The position numbers and the translations under genes are program-made. The notes below the pieces were generated by a model. That model ran no database searches and was not told the DNA's origin. It saw nothing but the letters and a program-made list of their open reading frames with translations. DNA of 58,375 bases from a virus. Its lineage: Duplodnaviria > Caudoviricetes. The DNA lies in the IMG/VR virus record IMGVR_UViG_3300011115_000472, positions 1 to 58,375 of that record; one strand, 5' to 3'. Shown one piece after another: positions 21,401 to 30,851 of this stretch (position 1 is its first letter; every line of letters starts with the position of its first letter).

Positions 21401-21735
21401 TACGGTTGTAGATCAATTATGTCAATGTTTCCATCATTTTCAATGAGATTGGTGTTTTGTTCCGTACTGAGTATGGAACTAGAAGCCACAACAATGTCGT
21501 TTGGATCAGTTGCCACGCTGACATCAGGACGCGGAAAACGCAAAGCAATTTTTTCAGTCTTTCTTGCCGGCAAGCGATATGGGTCAATTTGATCGGCGCA
21601 GTTTTGTTGGCAGACTTTAAGACCGGGAAAATTGGGATCTGGCATTGCCTCATCAATAGCTCTTTTCATGCGACATCTATCGCATATAAAGATCGCTACC
21701 GATGCGTTACCTACTGTATCAAGGAAACGAGGCAT
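21400..21735 (-). CDS. Conserved Cys-containing virion/neck protein
   Basis: CDRC...VC...PRPD pattern; between the adaptor and fibre genes. Confidence 0.7.
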   Translation of the reverse strand: MPRFLDTVGNASVAIFICDRCRMKRAIDEAMPDPNFPGLKVCQQNCADQIDPYRLPARKTEKIALRFPRPDVSVATDPNDIVVASSSILSTEQNTNLIENDGNIDIIDLQP

Positions 21736-21738
21736 AAA

Positions 21739-22809
21739 TTACCTCGTATAAACAGAAATATTTGGAGCGTAATAAATGGGTGATTTGTCGCGGTTTTCGC
21801 TCTCAGCCATTTGGAAGTATTTTTCTGCTTGCGCCTCCAAATATTGAATTCTTGGCATGTCTACACTGGGCAACAACAAGCTCATTTGATGGCTCAGCAT
21901 CATTTGTATTGCTTGGTAAAAATACTGGGGAATTTCCAGTTCGCCATTTAGGTCGCCCACATCCATAACTTGGCGCGAGTACCAAATGGTCATTTGCACA
22001 AATGGATCTGATGGTGTTGGCCACAACACAATCTTAGACTGCGGCAAAGTGCGGTTAAACCAATATTGATACGGTTGGTTGGCTGTAAAGTTTTTGTTTG
22101 GCAAATTGGTGTAGTCGTCGCGGTTCAGGCGCGCCATAGTGACTTCTGTCGAATTGTTGCCAATGTAGAACTCGGACACGTCGAGCGTGCCGCCGCCAGT
22201 CTCGCGCATGCGGTAATACTGCGCAGTAACGCCGGGGTCAATGTCGTACCACAACCACTGGCCACTTACCCATGTTGTTACGCCCGTATCTTCAAGCAAA
22301 TTCCACGTTACATTATCCGAAGACCATTCCAGCAAAATGTGAAAACTTCCAGACGTTGCAGGCAATATACCAATCGAGCCAGCATAGATTGGATAATCTA
22401 CACCAAAATCTACGCCAATATTTCCGTTTGGACTTGTCTGTGCAGTAGATGTCAATACGTTGTTGTCAAACGCCAATCCAGTTACGCCAGACGACGAAAA
22501 ATATGACCCGCCTGCCGCAGGCGTTGGACGCGTCATCCAACGGTACAAGGCGTTCAAAACGTCATTGCCACCCAATGGAAGCAGGTATTCAAACTGGTCA
22601 GGCTGGAGGCCGTAAACTTTTTTGTCAATCGCCCAATAATTGATGCCCTGATTAATCAGGTTAGACAAAATGAAAAACAACGCCTGCTTAGACGCCTGCA
22701 CTTGTTCAACCGTCAGTTCCTCAGCCAACTTGCCCGAATGACGAGCGCCTTGGTCAATAAACTGCTGAACGGTAACAACTGTCTGACCGACGGTGCCGCT
22801 GTATGCCAT
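21739..22809 (-). CDS. Head-tail adaptor (P22 gp4-like) with an inserted discoidin-like domain
   Basis: RDDYTNLPNK..PYQYW..LWPTP..EIPQ motifs; central LAFDNN...EWSSDNVTW...QYYR segment. Confidence 0.65.
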   Translation of the reverse strand: MAYSGTVGQTVVTVQQFIDQGARHSGKLAEELTVEQVQASKQALFFILSNLINQGINYWAIDKKVYGLQPDQFEYLLPLGGNDVLNALYRWMTRPTPAAGGSYFSSSGVTGLAFDNNVLTSTAQTSPNGNIGVDFGVDYPIYAGSIGILPATSGSFHILLEWSSDNVTWNLLEDTGVTTWVSGQWLWYDIDPGVTAQYYRMRETGGGTLDVSEFYIGNNSTEVTMARLNRDDYTNLPNKNFTANQPYQYWFNRTLPQSKIVLWPTPSDPFVQMTIWYSRQVMDVGDLNGELEIPQYFYQAIQMMLSHQMSLLLPSVDMPRIQYLEAQAEKYFQMAESENRDKSPIYYAPNISVYTR

Positions 22810-22818
22810 TTTATTCCT

Positions 22819-23214
22819 TTACCATCCAGAGCAGTTCCAACGCTTCAAAGAGGCTTTTGCCCTTGGTGCATCGCCCTTAGCGTGCTCCACAACTCCACTC
22901 ATTCGGGCACAAAAAGAATCTTTACGTGCGCCGCCTTGAGGTTGAGGTGCCTTGAGGTTAGAACCTGTTTCTCGATTGTACTTTTCTCTGCCTTTTTTTG
23001 TAAGTCCTGCGCCTTGTTTTACGGAAAGTTTTTCACCGCGGCCAACCGCAAGACTTACGCCGCCTTCTTTTAATTTGGCGGTTTTTGCTGACTCTCGGAA
23101 GGCTTCAGCCGTTGGCGCACCTTTGCTACCAACTCGGCGCATCTTTTCGCCAGAGCCTTCAGCAATTCTTTCGCGTTTTGCATTAAGGTTTGCATACAAG
23201 CCCTTCTTAGTCAT
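22819..23214 (-). CDS. Basic two-module protein, C-terminal half DUF6321-like
   Basis: KKGLYAN..GSGEKMR module, LKEGG linker, then GLTKKGREKYNRETGSNLKAP..SFCARM..RWNC; start reassigned to MTKKG. Confidence 0.7.
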   Translation of the reverse strand: MTKKGLYANLNAKRERIAEGSGEKMRRVGSKGAPTAEAFRESAKTAKLKEGGVSLAVGRGEKLSVKQGAGLTKKGREKYNRETGSNLKAPQPQGGARKDSFCARMSGVVEHAKGDAPRAKASLKRWNCSGW

Positions 23215-23216
23215 AT

Positions 23217-23567
23217 TTACCAATCAGAATTCTTTTTGCCCTTTGATGTTGTAGAAACACCGCAAGCATTGAGATTGATTTTTCCACCAGTGGTATAGCT
23301 TTTTTTAACTTCTCCACCTTTTTTATACATTGTTGGGTTTGGGTTGCCACCACCGCCACCAAGTGCGCTTTGGGCCGTACCAATAGCCGATCCCACAGTA
23401 GCGGCACCAGAATTGATTTGTCCCAATCCGTCTTGCGCGCTACCGCCTCCACCGCCTAAACCTTTGCCACCAATTGGGCCTGAAGGCATTTGAGGTGTGT
23501 CAGTAGGACGTGGTGCATCGCCATTAGCAGGCGTCATCATTGACCCAAGTTGTGCTATTGATGCCAT
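23217..23567 (-). CDS. Gly-rich GG-motif protein
   Basis: 116 aa; YKKGG and YTTGG; RBS AAGGA. Confidence 0.75.
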   Translation of the reverse strand: MASIAQLGSMMTPANGDAPRPTDTPQMPSGPIGGKGLGGGGGSAQDGLGQINSGAATVGSAIGTAQSALGGGGGNPNPTMYKKGGEVKKSYTTGGKINLNACGVSTTSKGKKNSDW

Positions 23568-23577
23568 AATTTTTCCT

Positions 23578-24015
23578 TTACCAGTTAGACTTTACTTTTC
23601 CGCCATCTTTAAATGGCGCAACTTTGCCCTTGCCAATTTTTTCTGACCACTCTTTGCGATGACTCGCGGCCTTGTCGGATGCGCCACTTTTTTCAGCATG
23701 TTCAGTAAAATTGCGCAGTCGGTTTGACTCACCGCGGCGTTGCAAACGGCCCAATTGCTTTTCAGACTCTGCAGTTTTCCCAGAGGCTTTTGCAATGTCA
23801 AACATTTTGCGATTGGCAGTTAGTTTATTTACAAGTTGTTTGCTTTTGTGTTGTTGCGTGCGAGTCATTCGACTAGCAGTGTCATCGCCATCATCGTCCT
23901 CATTACCACGAGGGTCGCCAATAGCTTTGTAATAATCCACATCACTGTCGTAGTCCATTGGATTTGTGGACATTGCACGTCCACCCATGGCTTTTTTAGA
24001 TTTGATGTGTGTCAT
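23578..24015 (-). CDS. Basic GG-motif protein
   Basis: Start reassigned to MTHIKSKKAMGG; FKDGG near the C-terminus. Confidence 0.75.
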   Translation of the reverse strand: MTHIKSKKAMGGRAMSTNPMDYDSDVDYYKAIGDPRGNEDDDGDDTASRMTRTQQHKSKQLVNKLTANRKMFDIAKASGKTAESEKQLGRLQRRGESNRLRNFTEHAEKSGASDKAASHRKEWSEKIGKGKVAPFKDGGKVKSNW

Positions 24016-24017
24016 GA

Positions 24018-24422
24018 TTAGTTGTACCCTTTGGTCATCTCCAATATGCACCAGTAAGTGTCGCCTGAAGATGCGTCAGCCGTGCTAAAAACAATATTGC
24101 CAGTAACGCCAGCCCCGCCGTTGTTGGTGATACCGCCAAAAGCGCTCATGTCAAGTGTCTGCGTAGCAGTGGGAGATGAAAGAAAGAACGGCACATCCGT
24201 TGTAGCGTCCCAAAACATTCTGACTTCCATGCCATGATTGGAAATGTAGATTTTGGTAACCGTTACTCTGGTACAAGTTTGCCCAGAAGCGCTAGGGGTT
24301 AACGCAGAAACGTCTACCTTCAAAACCGCACTTTCACCAGTGCCATCACTGATGTTTGTAAATTTCATAATGACCGTGCGCTCACCATCAATAAGCGTTT
24401 GGCTCGTAACTGCATCAGCCAT
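24018..24422 (-). CDS. Conserved virion protein
   Basis: MADAVTSQTLIDGERTVIMKFTNISDGTGE; RBS GGAG. Confidence 0.75.
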   Translation of the reverse strand: MADAVTSQTLIDGERTVIMKFTNISDGTGESAVLKVDVSALTPSASGQTCTRVTVTKIYISNHGMEVRMFWDATTDVPFFLSSPTATQTLDMSAFGGITNNGGAGVTGNIVFSTADASSGDTYWCILEMTKGYN

Positions 24423-24434
24423 ATTTTTCTCCAA

Positions 24435-24460
24435 TTAAAAGCAGGGGCCGAAGCCCCTAC
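24435..24460 (-). terminator. Rho-independent terminator-like hairpin (UUCG loop)
   Basis: GTAGGGGC-TTCG-GCCCCTGC followed by TTTTAATT. Confidence 0.75.
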
Positions 24461-24465
24461 TCAGT

Positions 24466-25794
24466 TCAGCACATTGCTCTTCCGCCGCTCCGTTTAGGCG
24501 CTACAGTAACTGATTTTTCAGTTTTTGTAACGCTACCCGCTGGTGCTGGCTTGCTAGTAAAGTAATCCTTCATCTTTTGATAACCCTCTTTGGCCATACT
24601 CAAAGGATTCAGCGCCTCTTCAAGCTCACGGCTTGCTTTGTCTGTAATCACTTTGGGATCGCCAGATGGGGTAACACGAGATTCATTTTCATACTTTTTT
24701 GCTTCGCCACCATTTTGGTAACGGTTTAATTGACCCTTTGCGGTGTCATGCGCGTCTCCTTTGTCATCCGTGTGGTAGTCGGCATCTTTGTAATGCTTAC
24801 CCTCTGGATCAAAGAATTTGACTCGATGCTCACCGTAATCTACGTCTTTATAAACCTTGGCAACGTGACCCTTCGGGCCTGTATGGGTCTTCAATAAACG
24901 CAAAGGAGTGGAACCTCCCCAAGTGCTGGTTCCACCCTTAGCCTTTTTTGAGACTTCTCCGCCATCCTTAAAGGTGCCAGATTGCATGCTGTTTGCCACA
25001 GGGCGGCTGACAGGTTTCTTCGGCATCGCGACGGGTTTGCCTGTATCAACAGTTCCCCCCGTCGCGTAGGCTTTTTTTGTTGAACCACCCATCTTGTAGC
25101 CGCCGCCGTTGGCTTTTTTTACGCCACCAGTGGTGGTGTTGGTCACGCCGGGTTTGGCCGTATCAGCAGGGCGGTTTTCCCAATTGACGTTTCCGCCATC
25201 TTTAAAACCCGCGCCGTTACCCATTCTGACGCCACCAGTGCCGCCTTTGGCTTTAGAACCATGTTCAGCGGTTCCTATGTCACCATTTAAATACTTGCCT
25301 GCGTTGCCTTTGATAGTGCCGCCGTTGGCATAGCCACCTGCATTACCCATCTTGACATCGCCAGTACCTTTTTTAGACTTGGAGCCGTGTTCAGCAGTTC
25401 CCATGTCACCATTTAAATACTTGCCAGCATTGCCCTTGACAGTAGTTTTTGCCATGGATGCAGTAACACCGCCGCCATCAGCAAACTTCTTACCAGCCAT
25501 AGCCTTCTTGATCATTTTGCGATCTTGAGCGGCGTCGTCATGCATTTCAGCTTTGCCACCTTTTTTGGCCATCATCATAGGGTTCATCGCTTTACGACGA
25601 GCCATCATTGACGGACGCTTAGGTGCCATGCCCATTGGGGCACTTGCCATTGCTGGTGCTTGAGCAGGCATAGTGGACTGCATAGGCATGTAACCGCCGT
25701 CTGCTTTTTTCTCAACTTTGCCGCCCTTTTTAAGCTTCAGAATTACTGAAGGCTCCGTGGTCATCATTTTGACCATTGGTTTAAATTGACCCAT
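24466..25794 (-). CDS. Lys/Gly/Met-rich protein with at least 12 xxxGG motifs and one embedded globular module
   Basis: Start MGQFKPMVKM with RBS AAGGAG; 442 aa. Confidence 0.8.
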   Translation of the reverse strand: MGQFKPMVKMMTTEPSVILKLKKGGKVEKKADGGYMPMQSTMPAQAPAMASAPMGMAPKRPSMMARRKAMNPMMMAKKGGKAEMHDDAAQDRKMIKKAMAGKKFADGGGVTASMAKTTVKGNAGKYLNGDMGTAEHGSKSKKGTGDVKMGNAGGYANGGTIKGNAGKYLNGDIGTAEHGSKAKGGTGGVRMGNGAGFKDGGNVNWENRPADTAKPGVTNTTTGGVKKANGGGYKMGGSTKKAYATGGTVDTGKPVAMPKKPVSRPVANSMQSGTFKDGGEVSKKAKGGTSTWGGSTPLRLLKTHTGPKGHVAKVYKDVDYGEHRVKFFDPEGKHYKDADYHTDDKGDAHDTAKGQLNRYQNGGEAKKYENESRVTPSGDPKVITDKASRELEEALNPLSMAKEGYQKMKDYFTSKPAPAGSVTKTEKSVTVAPKRSGGRAMC

Positions 25795-25804
25795 GTTGTT
25801 CTCC

Positions 25805-26782
25805 TTATGCTTGTGTGACGCCAAGAGCGCCAGCACGGGTTGCATTCGGGCCTGCCGCAATTGCTGGCAGGGCTATTCCCATCACAAGACGCTTGATACC
25901 GTCACAAGCAGACGAGGGCAAATAAGTACCCCTCACATCACCAGTGGTTGTGGTTGCTGTGGCGGTAGCGGCAACAGTCATAGTTCCAGCATCTTCAGCC
26001 AAAGTATTGTCCCAACCAGCGCGGGTAACGTAGCCTCTATCAATGATACGCAATGGTGCGCCCAAGATGTCAGTTGTACCTACCGCAACAGTTACCACAC
26101 TTCCGCCAGATGCAGTAACACTAGCAATTTGGTAAAAGGCTTTCTTACCACTGACAGTAGTAGACGCCACTATTCCTGTTGCAATTACCTCGCTCATGGC
26201 TTGACCGTAGTAGTCGTAACCAGAAACAGTAATGTTGACAGAAGTCGGAGTGCCAGCACCAGTGGTTGTAGAAACCGCACGAGGGCAATCAAGTTGCAAG
26301 CCTGTTGCACCACCAGTAATGGTTGTTGATGTAACACCAGCACCTGCGGCAAGCGTGAGCGTGGTAGCAGTTGTGATAACAGCGGCAACAATGTTGGTTG
26401 TCACTTTTGCTTGTGGTACAGCGTCCCAAATATAAACGCGCCCTAATGGGCCAACGCCTACGCTCATTGGAGATGGGTTTTGCAAAAAAGCATTACCAGA
26501 ACCAACGATGGTGGAGCTTGCTACAGTTTGTGAGGCGCTTACGGTGTAAGTGCCTGTACCGCCAGAACCCGTACCAAAAGCGGTAATGTAGGTTCCATTG
26601 GTAAGTGAAGTTGAACTGTCAATAAACATACCCACAGTAATTGGGTCACCCGAAAGCATCGCGGTAACGGTCAATGTAGTGGTAGCAATTGAACCAGTAA
26701 AAGTTGCAACAGCAGGGTATTGATCTGTACCCTGAGTCGTAATAGCAGTACCTAAAAATAGGTCGTCGGAAAATTGAGGCAT
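25805..26782 (-). CDS. Capsid decoration/minor virion protein
   Basis: Start [11 protein letters not shown] with RBS AAGGAG; follows the MCP; Thr-rich. Confidence 0.7.
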   Translation of the reverse strand: MPQFSDDLFLGTAITTQGTDQYPAVATFTGSIATTTLTVTAMLSGDPITVGMFIDSSTSLTNGTYITAFGTGSGGTGTYTVSASQTVASSTIVGSGNAFLQNPSPMSVGVGPLGRVYIWDAVPQAKVTTNIVAAVITTATTLTLAAGAGVTSTTITGGATGLQLDCPRAVSTTTGAGTPTSVNITVSGYDYYGQAMSEVIATGIVASTTVSGKKAFYQIASVTASGGSVVTVAVGTTDILGAPLRIIDRGYVTRAGWDNTLAEDAGTMTVAATATATTTTGDVRGTYLPSSACDGIKRLVMGIALPAIAAGPNATRAGALGVTQA

Positions 26783-26813
26783 TTGATCTTCTCCTTGAAA
26801 AGCTTGATCAGTT

Positions 26814-26845
26814 AAAAAAAAGGGCTGGCTTTTTAGACCAGCCCT
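26814..26845 (-). terminator. Rho-independent terminator after the major capsid gene
   Basis: AGGGCTGG-TCTAAAAAG-CCAGCCCT followed by a T-run. Confidence 0.85.
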
Positions 26846-26852
26846 GTTTGCT

Positions 26853-27767
26853 TTAGACGCCAGCAGTGCCGTAAACGGCACGCGGGTCAGTGAAGCCAAC
26901 TGTATAACGCTCCGTAGCCTTGTAACGCATGGAGTCGGTTTCAAAGTCACCTTCCATGGTTTTCTCAAGACGACGACGCATCAACAATTTCAACCCTTCT
27001 GGGGCGTCAGTCTGCACCCAAAATGCAGTAGATGAGGTCAAGCGACTGATAACAGCGGCACCTTCGTCCAACAAGCCAATTGACTTGACGGGGTTGATGT
27101 CGTTGTTTGCATTACCAGTACGCAAAACGCTCTTTAACAACACTTCGGCTTGGAAAATATTGCCGGGTGCCACAATCAATTGACGTGGAACCAAACGAAT
27201 TTTCTTACCGTTGTTGTCAACTGCTTGACGGACTTGAATCAGCATTTGCTCTAGTGAAGTCTGCGACAAGTTAGCGGCAGTTGCCAACTGGTTGCTAAAC
27301 GTACCATTCACAATTGGGTGAGCAGTGTTGACCAAAGAAACGCCATCGCCACCGGGGAAGCTAGAGTTAAACGCAGTGTTCAGCACGTTAGCCGACAACA
27401 GTTCTTTGGTTTCCACCAAAGACTGTGCCAAATGGCGCGCATAAACTTGACCGATACGAATATGGTCACCGTCTTCAACAAGCACTTTGGTCAAAGCGAA
27501 GGCCAAGCCATACACTCGGTACACATAGCGTTGCAAGAAGAGTACGCCACCTTGCTGATAGGTCACCGGGGTGCCATCGGGCAATTGGGGCGCGGCTCCA
27601 AATCCATAAAGGACGGGCTCTTCGTGATAGTTACGGGGAATGCCGTCTTCTTCGCGGAACACACGGCTCCACTCGTCGGCTCTTTGGTCATAGACTCCGT
27701 CAAAACACTCGTTGAGAATTGGCTCAACGATGGAACGGAAGTCCGTACTTCGCATTGGTGCGGCCAT
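26853..27767 (-). CDS. Major capsid protein
   Basis: 304 aa; GDGVSL..AHP, LIVAP, DFET...[12 protein letters not shown]; after the scaffold, followed by a terminator. Confidence 0.88.
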   Translation of the reverse strand: MAAPMRSTDFRSIVEPILNECFDGVYDQRADEWSRVFREEDGIPRNYHEEPVLYGFGAAPQLPDGTPVTYQQGGVLFLQRYVYRVYGLAFALTKVLVEDGDHIRIGQVYARHLAQSLVETKELLSANVLNTAFNSSFPGGDGVSLVNTAHPIVNGTFSNQLATAANLSQTSLEQMLIQVRQAVDNNGKKIRLVPRQLIVAPGNIFQAEVLLKSVLRTGNANNDINPVKSIGLLDEGAAVISRLTSSTAFWVQTDAPEGLKLLMRRRLEKTMEGDFETDSMRYKATERYTVGFTDPRAVYGTAGV

Positions 27768-27780
27768 AGTAATTTACTCC

Positions 27781-28413
27781 TTAAACGACAGCAGTAGTTG
27801 CCGCAACAAATTGCACATATGGCAATGTTACGCGAACAATCACGTATGCATCACCCCAGTTGTTGTCCACATATGGTGCAATATCAACAACGCGCATTTG
27901 ACCTTGAGCACCGTTCGTTTGAGCGGATGCAACAGCCAAAGTTGCTTGCGACAAACCAGTGGTTGTGGAACCAGCGGTAATGTTGCTGAAGTTGTACTCG
28001 TTACCAATTGAGGTTTGAGCCAAAGTACCATCACCTTGAATTTCATAAACGATGTTTTGGTCGTTGTAAAAATAAGCGATGCAGGAACCCGTTTGGAATG
28101 CGGTACCACTTGGCCAATAATTGGATATGCGACGACGGCCCGTGGTATCAGTCCACTCAGTACCAGCAAATGCACCTGCGACTTGATAGCCAGAAGATGC
28201 GGCGCTGTTACCGGGGGTACCCGCTGGGATGATAGTGCCGTTGGCGGCACCAGTAGCACCGACTGTGGCGGCGGTTGTATATACAACAGGCTGACCCTTC
28301 AAAATATTGACGGCCAAACCTGACGTGATACCGTTAGCAAGCGCCTGAGCACGATCCAGACCAGAGGGATGGAACGCAGGACGCAAGCCAAACGGAGCAG
28401 AGGTAGAACTCAT
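27781..28413 (-). CDS. Head decoration/cement-like protein
   Basis: APFGLRP start; immediately upstream of the MCP. Confidence 0.65.
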   Translation of the reverse strand: MSSTSAPFGLRPAFHPSGLDRAQALANGITSGLAVNILKGQPVVYTTAATVGATGAANGTIIPAGTPGNSAASSGYQVAGAFAGTEWTDTTGRRRISNYWPSGTAFQTGSCIAYFYNDQNIVYEIQGDGTLAQTSIGNEYNFSNITAGSTTTGLSQATLAVASAQTNGAQGQMRVVDIAPYVDNNWGDAYVIVRVTLPYVQFVAATTAVV

Positions 28414-28433
28414 GAAAACTCCTTAGTTAAAGA

Positions 28434-28979
28434 TTACCCAGAAAAAACTGGGACTTTGCTTGGTTGCTGATCAAAAGAGCCAAGACCTTCGCCTTCAACA
28501 TTTACTAGCGACTTGCCATTGCTATCTCTTTGCCCTTGAAGATTTTCGATCTGAACGCGAACTTTGTCGCTTTCCTCACGAGGTTTATCATGGTGGTGAT
28601 ACAACATGAGATCCTGATAAATATCCATTGGCAATTTAAATAGCAACATTTCGTTGCAGGAAATATGCCCAATATGCTCTCCAGATTTGACTCGATAGTC
28701 TTCATAGCCCGGTAACTCTTCAGATTTAACTGGAACGTACCCATTGCGTATCCGCTTATCGATTGAATCGTAGCTATTGGTTGTCGAAAGCCAGCAAAGG
28801 TGCCACCCATCTAAATTGGGCAGTTTCGGCAATGCTGATTGCGTCCATTCCTCGTCCCACATCTTGCGACGTTCTTGCGTAGAAATGAACTTTGTCTCTG
28901 GGGCTGAACGGGTTGCGTCCTCACTTGCGCGATCATCGCGTCCACCAGCTTTGAGAGATTTTTTTAAACGTGAATCCAT
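28434..28979 (-). CDS. Conserved head-module hypothetical protein
   Basis: 181 aa; GWHLCW..GYVPVK..LLFKLP. Confidence 0.75.
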   Translation of the reverse strand: MDSRLKKSLKAGGRDDRASEDATRSAPETKFISTQERRKMWDEEWTQSALPKLPNLDGWHLCWLSTTNSYDSIDKRIRNGYVPVKSEELPGYEDYRVKSGEHIGHISCNEMLLFKLPMDIYQDLMLYHHHDKPREESDKVRVQIENLQGQRDSNGKSLVNVEGEGLGSFDQQPSKVPVFSG

Positions 28980-28996
28980 GTTAGTTGCTCCAAGTA

Positions 28997-29971
28997 TTAG
29001 TTACGGGTTTGGTTCTGACGATCATATTTTCTGAATTCGTCAATCATTCGCTTCTTGCGGTCTGGGTTATCCCATGCGCCTACTTCCTTCATCGCCTTAA
29101 CCCTTTCAGGAGAAAGAATGAATTGAGAACTGTTACGTCCTCCGTATGCCGCCGAAGCTTCACGACCTGAACTTCCCACAACGTTCCTCGGTTTTCTAAC
29201 AGCAAAATCGCCGTTCGATGTTTGATTGTAACGGTGTGGCAATGATTTTTGCAAGCGGCTGTCAAGTTCATCCCAATAATCGGGATCAGAAGGATTCCAT
29301 CCCTCTGTAACCAACAGTTCGTCCACCTTCTTTGCAACTTTGCTATCACTGTCACTTGCGTCTGGGTTATACCAAGAATTGCGCTTCATCCAATCCGCCG
29401 CATTACGCTGAACAGTTGGATTAGGCATCTCTTGATGAGCAGGTGCTTGCGCTTCTTGCGATGCGCGGTGCTTCATTCCCTGCAATTTGTTGATTTGATC
29501 TTCAGCTTGACGCCATAACGTCTGGGCTTCGACCATTGCTTCGCCGTCACTGTTATCCGCGGCCTCTTTAAGCTTCATTTTGGCGTATTCCAAGCGTACT
29601 TGGCTGTCCTCAATGTTCTTGTCGATGCGCGAGATCTGACCTTGCTTGGTTTCACGCTCAACATTTGACAAGCGGCGCTTAAATTCTTCGTTTTCGCGCT
29701 GTAGAACTTGCAAACGAACGTCTTTTTCCTTGTTTTCAGCCCTAAAAGCTTGTCTTTTGGCCTTACGACGGTTGCGTTTGGCCTCTCTAAGCTCTTGATC
29801 GTCGTCTGGATGGTCTAGATCCTCACGATCTAAGCCCTCATTGTCTGCTTTAGCAGGCGGATTTTGGTCAAGATCGTCATCAATCATGCTTTCTGGTAAA
29901 TCGACAACTGCGGAGCCGTCTTTTTCCTCTTGCACCATTAATTCAATCTTTTCTTTGGTATCTGTGCTCAT
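28997..29971 (-). CDS. Capsid scaffolding protein
   Basis: Acidic N-terminus, long coiled coil, NSWY..DYWDELDSRL; between portal and MCP. Confidence 0.72.
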   Translation of the reverse strand: MSTDTKEKIELMVQEEKDGSAVVDLPESMIDDDLDQNPPAKADNEGLDREDLDHPDDDQELREAKRNRRKAKRQAFRAENKEKDVRLQVLQRENEEFKRRLSNVERETKQGQISRIDKNIEDSQVRLEYAKMKLKEAADNSDGEAMVEAQTLWRQAEDQINKLQGMKHRASQEAQAPAHQEMPNPTVQRNAADWMKRNSWYNPDASDSDSKVAKKVDELLVTEGWNPSDPDYWDELDSRLQKSLPHRYNQTSNGDFAVRKPRNVVGSSGREASAAYGGRNSSQFILSPERVKAMKEVGAWDNPDRKKRMIDEFRKYDRQNQTRN

Positions 29972-29981
29972 TTTTTATCCC

Positions 29982-30437
29982 TTAAACATAGGCTTTGAAC
30001 GACAACGGATCGTCAGTGATTTTTGCTATCACCTCGTGATCATTAATCGTCATGAATAACACTTGGTCTTCGTTAGATTCCTCGCTAGGAACATTGCGCT
30101 CCCAACGATCGCCGCCCCATCGAGGTACACGAACAAAATCTCCAACCTGTGCCCAAGTTCCCTCTGGCCAAGACTCCATGGTTTCACGGTTCTTGTACGC
30201 CAAAGGCCCAAGTGCCACGACCCTACCGATCATGTTGTTCCACTTTTCGTTTTCTTTGGTTTCATCCACGATGATGATCATTCCAGCCTTCTTTTTGATG
30301 CGACGTAATTGAACTATCACGCGCCCTCCAAGAGGTGCCTGCCCCGGATTTACATCAGGGAACGCCCATGCCAACTCTTGAGGATTAGACGCTTGCGCGC
30401 TTCCCCCGATCGTTGGGATCTTTTCTCTTTCACTCAT
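29982..30437 (-). CDS. GroES-like co-chaperonin
   Basis: PLGGRVIV..GMIII..GRVVALGP..VGDFV..INDHEVIAKI matches the Cpn10 pattern. Confidence 0.85.
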   Translation of the reverse strand: MSEREKIPTIGGSAQASNPQELAWAFPDVNPGQAPLGGRVIVQLRRIKKKAGMIIIVDETKENEKWNNMIGRVVALGPLAYKNRETMESWPEGTWAQVGDFVRVPRWGGDRWERNVPSEESNEDQVLFMTINDHEVIAKITDDPLSFKAYV

Positions 30438-30515
30438 ACTAACTCCTAAAACACACCATATTTCAGGTGCAACATTTAAGCGCTTTTCAGCGCGGCCTCA
30501 GTCCTTTAGGGGGAC

Positions 30516-30695
30516 TTATTCTTGATTCTTTTCTTCGTCTAACATTCTGTTAATGGAGTCAAGGACATATTGAATTCCTTGATTCTCACCAACCATGCGT
30601 TGGTACGCTTCCCACGTATTTGCGTTGCCATTAGCAAGAGATAAGGCGATCTCTCCTTGTCGCAACCTGATTACGTGCAATATTGCTCCAATCAT
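30516..30695 (-). CDS. Small hypothetical protein (59 aa)
   Basis: MIGAILHVIRLRQGEIALSLANGNANTWEAYQRMVG...; ATGA overlap; below the track cutoff. Confidence 0.75.
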   Translation of the reverse strand: MIGAILHVIRLRQGEIALSLANGNANTWEAYQRMVGENQGIQYVLDSINRMLDEEKNQE

Positions 30696-30850
30696 TTTTT
30701 CTTTGCTTGTGACAAACCGCCAACAGGCTTCTTGGAATTGTTACTTCCGCCTTTGGGTTGCATTGCGGTGCCATCAAGTTTTTCGCCCATGGCGATGCGC
30801 TTGTGTTGTGGCACGTTGATGGTTCTTTGTTCGTATTCACTGGTTGACAT
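30692..30850 (-). CDS. Small basic protein (52 aa)
   Basis: MSTSEYEQRTINVPQHKRIAMGEKL...; RBS GGAG. Confidence 0.65.
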   Translation of the reverse strand: MSTSEYEQRTINVPQHKRIAMGEKLDGTAMQPKGGSNNSKKPVGGLSQAKKK

Positions 30851-30851
30851 T

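Noticed and set aside
26783-26968. Programmed frameshift fusing the MCP to the downstream gene (open overlapping frame)
   Set aside because: It would need a +1 shift, I saw no clear slippery site, and a terminator and a strong independent RBS lie between the genes
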